24,000 nucleotides of DNA from the NCBI GenBank assembly GCA_963823535.1, contig CAWGLZ010000004.1, positions 291,458-315,457 on the forward strand, written 5' to 3'. Below, one piece after another: positions 22,840 through 24,000 of this stretch (its first letter is position 1; each line of letters opens with the position of its first letter). This stretch comes from an uncultured Gammaproteobacteria bacterium. Its GTDB lineage: Bacteria; Pseudomonadota; Gammaproteobacteria; Steroidobacterales; Steroidobacteraceae. Below the pieces are notes generated by a model, which was given only the letters and a program-made list of their open reading frames with translations, was not told the DNA's origin and searched no databases. Position numbers and translations under genes: made by a program.

Positions 22840-23306
22840 GTCGACTCTCAGGGATCCTGTTGTCTGGCATCACCCTATTTGGCGTGAATACTTGCCTTAG
22901 ATCAAATCCTCGCCGTCATCAGCCTATCACTCGACCGGCTACTGCTAGTCTCATAGCGACCGACACGAACGCGGAAGGCCTCGTTTCTACGAGCTTTTCT
23001 GGTCGGCTGCACGTATAGCCAAATCTCGGTAGCGGGGGCTTGATTCGCACCCATCGGGTTCGGGTTGGGTAATTGCCGGCTGCAAAAGCAGACGTTCCAA
23101 GCATCGCGCCCGAGCGTCGCCTTTGGGTCGGGAGCGCCAGTTCGTGGCCTTCGGATGCAGTCGTTCAGTCGGGATCCTTTGCCGGCCGATGCTGGCCACC
23201 CGCGAACGACCACTGTCTCCGTCGCTGACCTTCTCGGCGGCGTGATCGAAGGTCAAGTGCCAGGGTAGACCGGTCGTTCGCCGCGAAATCGGCCACGGGC
23301 AGGAAT

Positions 23307-23418
23307 GGGTCGTTTTTCACCGTTGAAGGTCTGCTATCGGGCGTGAATTGGGGGTCGTTTCCCGGCACCAATGGAAAGCAGACCTTCGCGTAGGGGCAAA
23401 ATCGGCCAGGAGCGGTCC
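23307..23418 (+). repeat. 112-bp repeat element, copy 3 (full length, with a 10-bp-stem hairpin and the 17-bp core), upstream of the 23512 gene
   Basis: GAAGGTCTGC (23325-23334) and GCAGACCTTC (23378-23387) are perfect inverted repeats, with an inner ATTGG/CCAAT pair. The element ends in TCGGCCAGGAGCGGTCC (23402-23418). AAATCGGCCA occurs at 23286-23295 and again at 23399-23408. Confidence 0.85.
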
Positions 23419-23511
23419 TTGATGCCGTGAATTGAGCGACCCGGAACCGGACACTCCAGGGACCTCCGGCTGGCAATCCCGTTACACTCGCGCCATCAGG
23501 GAGAGAGCCGC

Positions 23512-24000
23512 GTGACCCACGTGCCGCAGGACGGGGAGGAGACTACCTTTTGGGAGCGACTGCGCCGCCGCAAGGTGGTGCAGTGGGGCATCGCCTACGC
23601 CGCGGGCGCCTGGGGCTTCCTGCAGGGGCTCGAGTACGTCAGCGACACCTTCGGCTGGCCGGGCCGGCTGCAGCAGCTCGCGACGCTCGCTCTCGCGATC
23701 GGCCTACCCGTCGTCCTGGTCCTCGCCTGGTACCACGGCGACCGTGGCCAGCAACGCGTCAGCCGTGCCGAACTGGCCATCATCACGCTGCTGTTCCTCT
23801 TGGGTGGGGGAATCTTCTGGCGCTACGATCGAGCGAGCGAGGAAATACCGGCAACGAGGACCCCCGTCGCTGCGCCAACGTCCCACGTCACGACCGTCGA
23901 CGCCGGCCCCTCGATCGCGGTCCTGCCGTTCGACAACCGCAGCGCGAAGGCGGACGACGCGTTCTTCGTCGACGGCATCCACGACGACATCCTGACCCAG
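23512..24000 (+). CDS. Membrane-anchored TolB-N-like / TPR-family protein, N-terminal 163 codons (continues beyond the right edge)
   Basis: GTG 23512 preceded by AGGGAGAGAG. Product: VTHVPQDGEETTFWERLRRRKVVQWGIAYAAGAWGFLQGLEYVSDTFGWPGRLQQLATLALAIGLPVVLVLAWYHGDRG...SIAVLPFDNRSAKADDAFFVDGIHDDILTQ. It has the same N-terminal architecture as 20830..22839. It is not in the ORF track because it has no stop in the window. Confidence 0.8.
   Translation, partial: MTHVPQDGEETTFWERLRRRKVVQWGIAYAAGAWGFLQGLEYVSDTFGWPGRLQQLATLALAIGLPVVLVLAWYHGDRGQQRVSRAELAIITLLFLLGGGIFWRYDRASEEIPATRTPVAAPTSHVTTVDAGPSIAVLPFDNRSAKADDAFFVDGIHDDILTQ

Noticed and set aside
23350-23395. Tn3-family terminal inverted repeat (GGGGTCGT...GGAAA...CGCGTAGG resembles GGGG...CGGAAAA...ACGCTAAG)
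   Set aside because: - The spacing is 5-6 nt longer than the 38-bp consensus.
- No inverted partner copy and no transposase or resolvase are in the window.
- All copies have the same orientation.
- The resemblance rests on a few short blocks.
23307-23418. Known riboswitch class for the hairpin repeat (glycine, ZTP, cobalamin, c-di-GMP considered)
   Set aside because: - Only isolated short resemblances were found (CACCG..GAAGG, GGGTCG, GTGAAT), with none of the full conserved cores.
- One copy is truncated and another lies next to no downstream gene.
- A repeat or mobile-element origin is more likely.
1-24000. CRISPR arrays, integrases/transposases, toxin-antitoxin pairs, and phage-defence or secretion-system operons
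   Set aside because: I saw no regularly spaced short direct repeats. No ORF carries recombinase, nuclease, ATPase-defence or toxin signatures in any frame I inspected. The only repeats are the dispersed ones described in the features and findings.

Overview
High-GC (roughly two-thirds G+C by eye) proteobacterial chromosomal window. I translated key stretches by hand; I ran no database search.
(1) 1-5840, minus strand: the 5' ~1946 codons of an NdvB/ChvB-type cyclic beta-1,2-glucan synthase. It runs off the left edge, so it is missing from the ORF track. The long plus-strand ORFs listed there are antisense shadows.
(2) ~6.0-16.2 kb: a segment bracketed by two direct, paralogous ~150-bp elements. 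The last 45 nt of each is a canonical tRNA-Arg(ACG) 3' half; neither has a 5' half.
- Inside is a collinear minus-strand light/oxidative-stress operon: NAD-binding/DUF2867, SRPBCC-SDR fusion, Dps, DUF2256 zinc ribbon, FeS-type (6-4) photolyase, a photolyase FAD-domain protein with apparently permuted domain order, a DCC thiol-disulfide oxidoreductase, an internally deleted SDR remnant, and a small CWC-motif protein. Four junctions in the dps-to-DCC core have overlapping stop/start codons.
- Divergent from it is a short LOV-like PAS protein whose photoactive-cysteine motif reads GKSPVLLQG.
- Then come a secreted fasciclin protein and three tiny tandem membrane ORFs.
(3) 16.2-17.1 kb: a recombination-scar zone. 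It holds a truncated duplicate of the 5' end of the gene at 23512 and a 112-bp hairpin repeat. A 17-bp core (TCGGCCAGGAGCGGTCC) occurs three times in the window with swapped arms, in an att-like pattern.
(4) 17.2-20.5 kb: a small membrane protein, an HPF/RaiA-like protein, a divergent NhaR-like LysR regulator, a bacterial sodium-channel pore-only remnant (TLESWSM filter), and a ~9-TM protein.
(5) 20.8-24.0 kb: two divergent membrane-anchored TPR-family paralogs.
No CRISPR array, integrase or transposase is visible. The most promising candidate for something new is the Cys-less LOV-like gene paired with the coupled Dps-DUF2256-photolyase module. The tRNA-half bracket and the att-like junctions come next.
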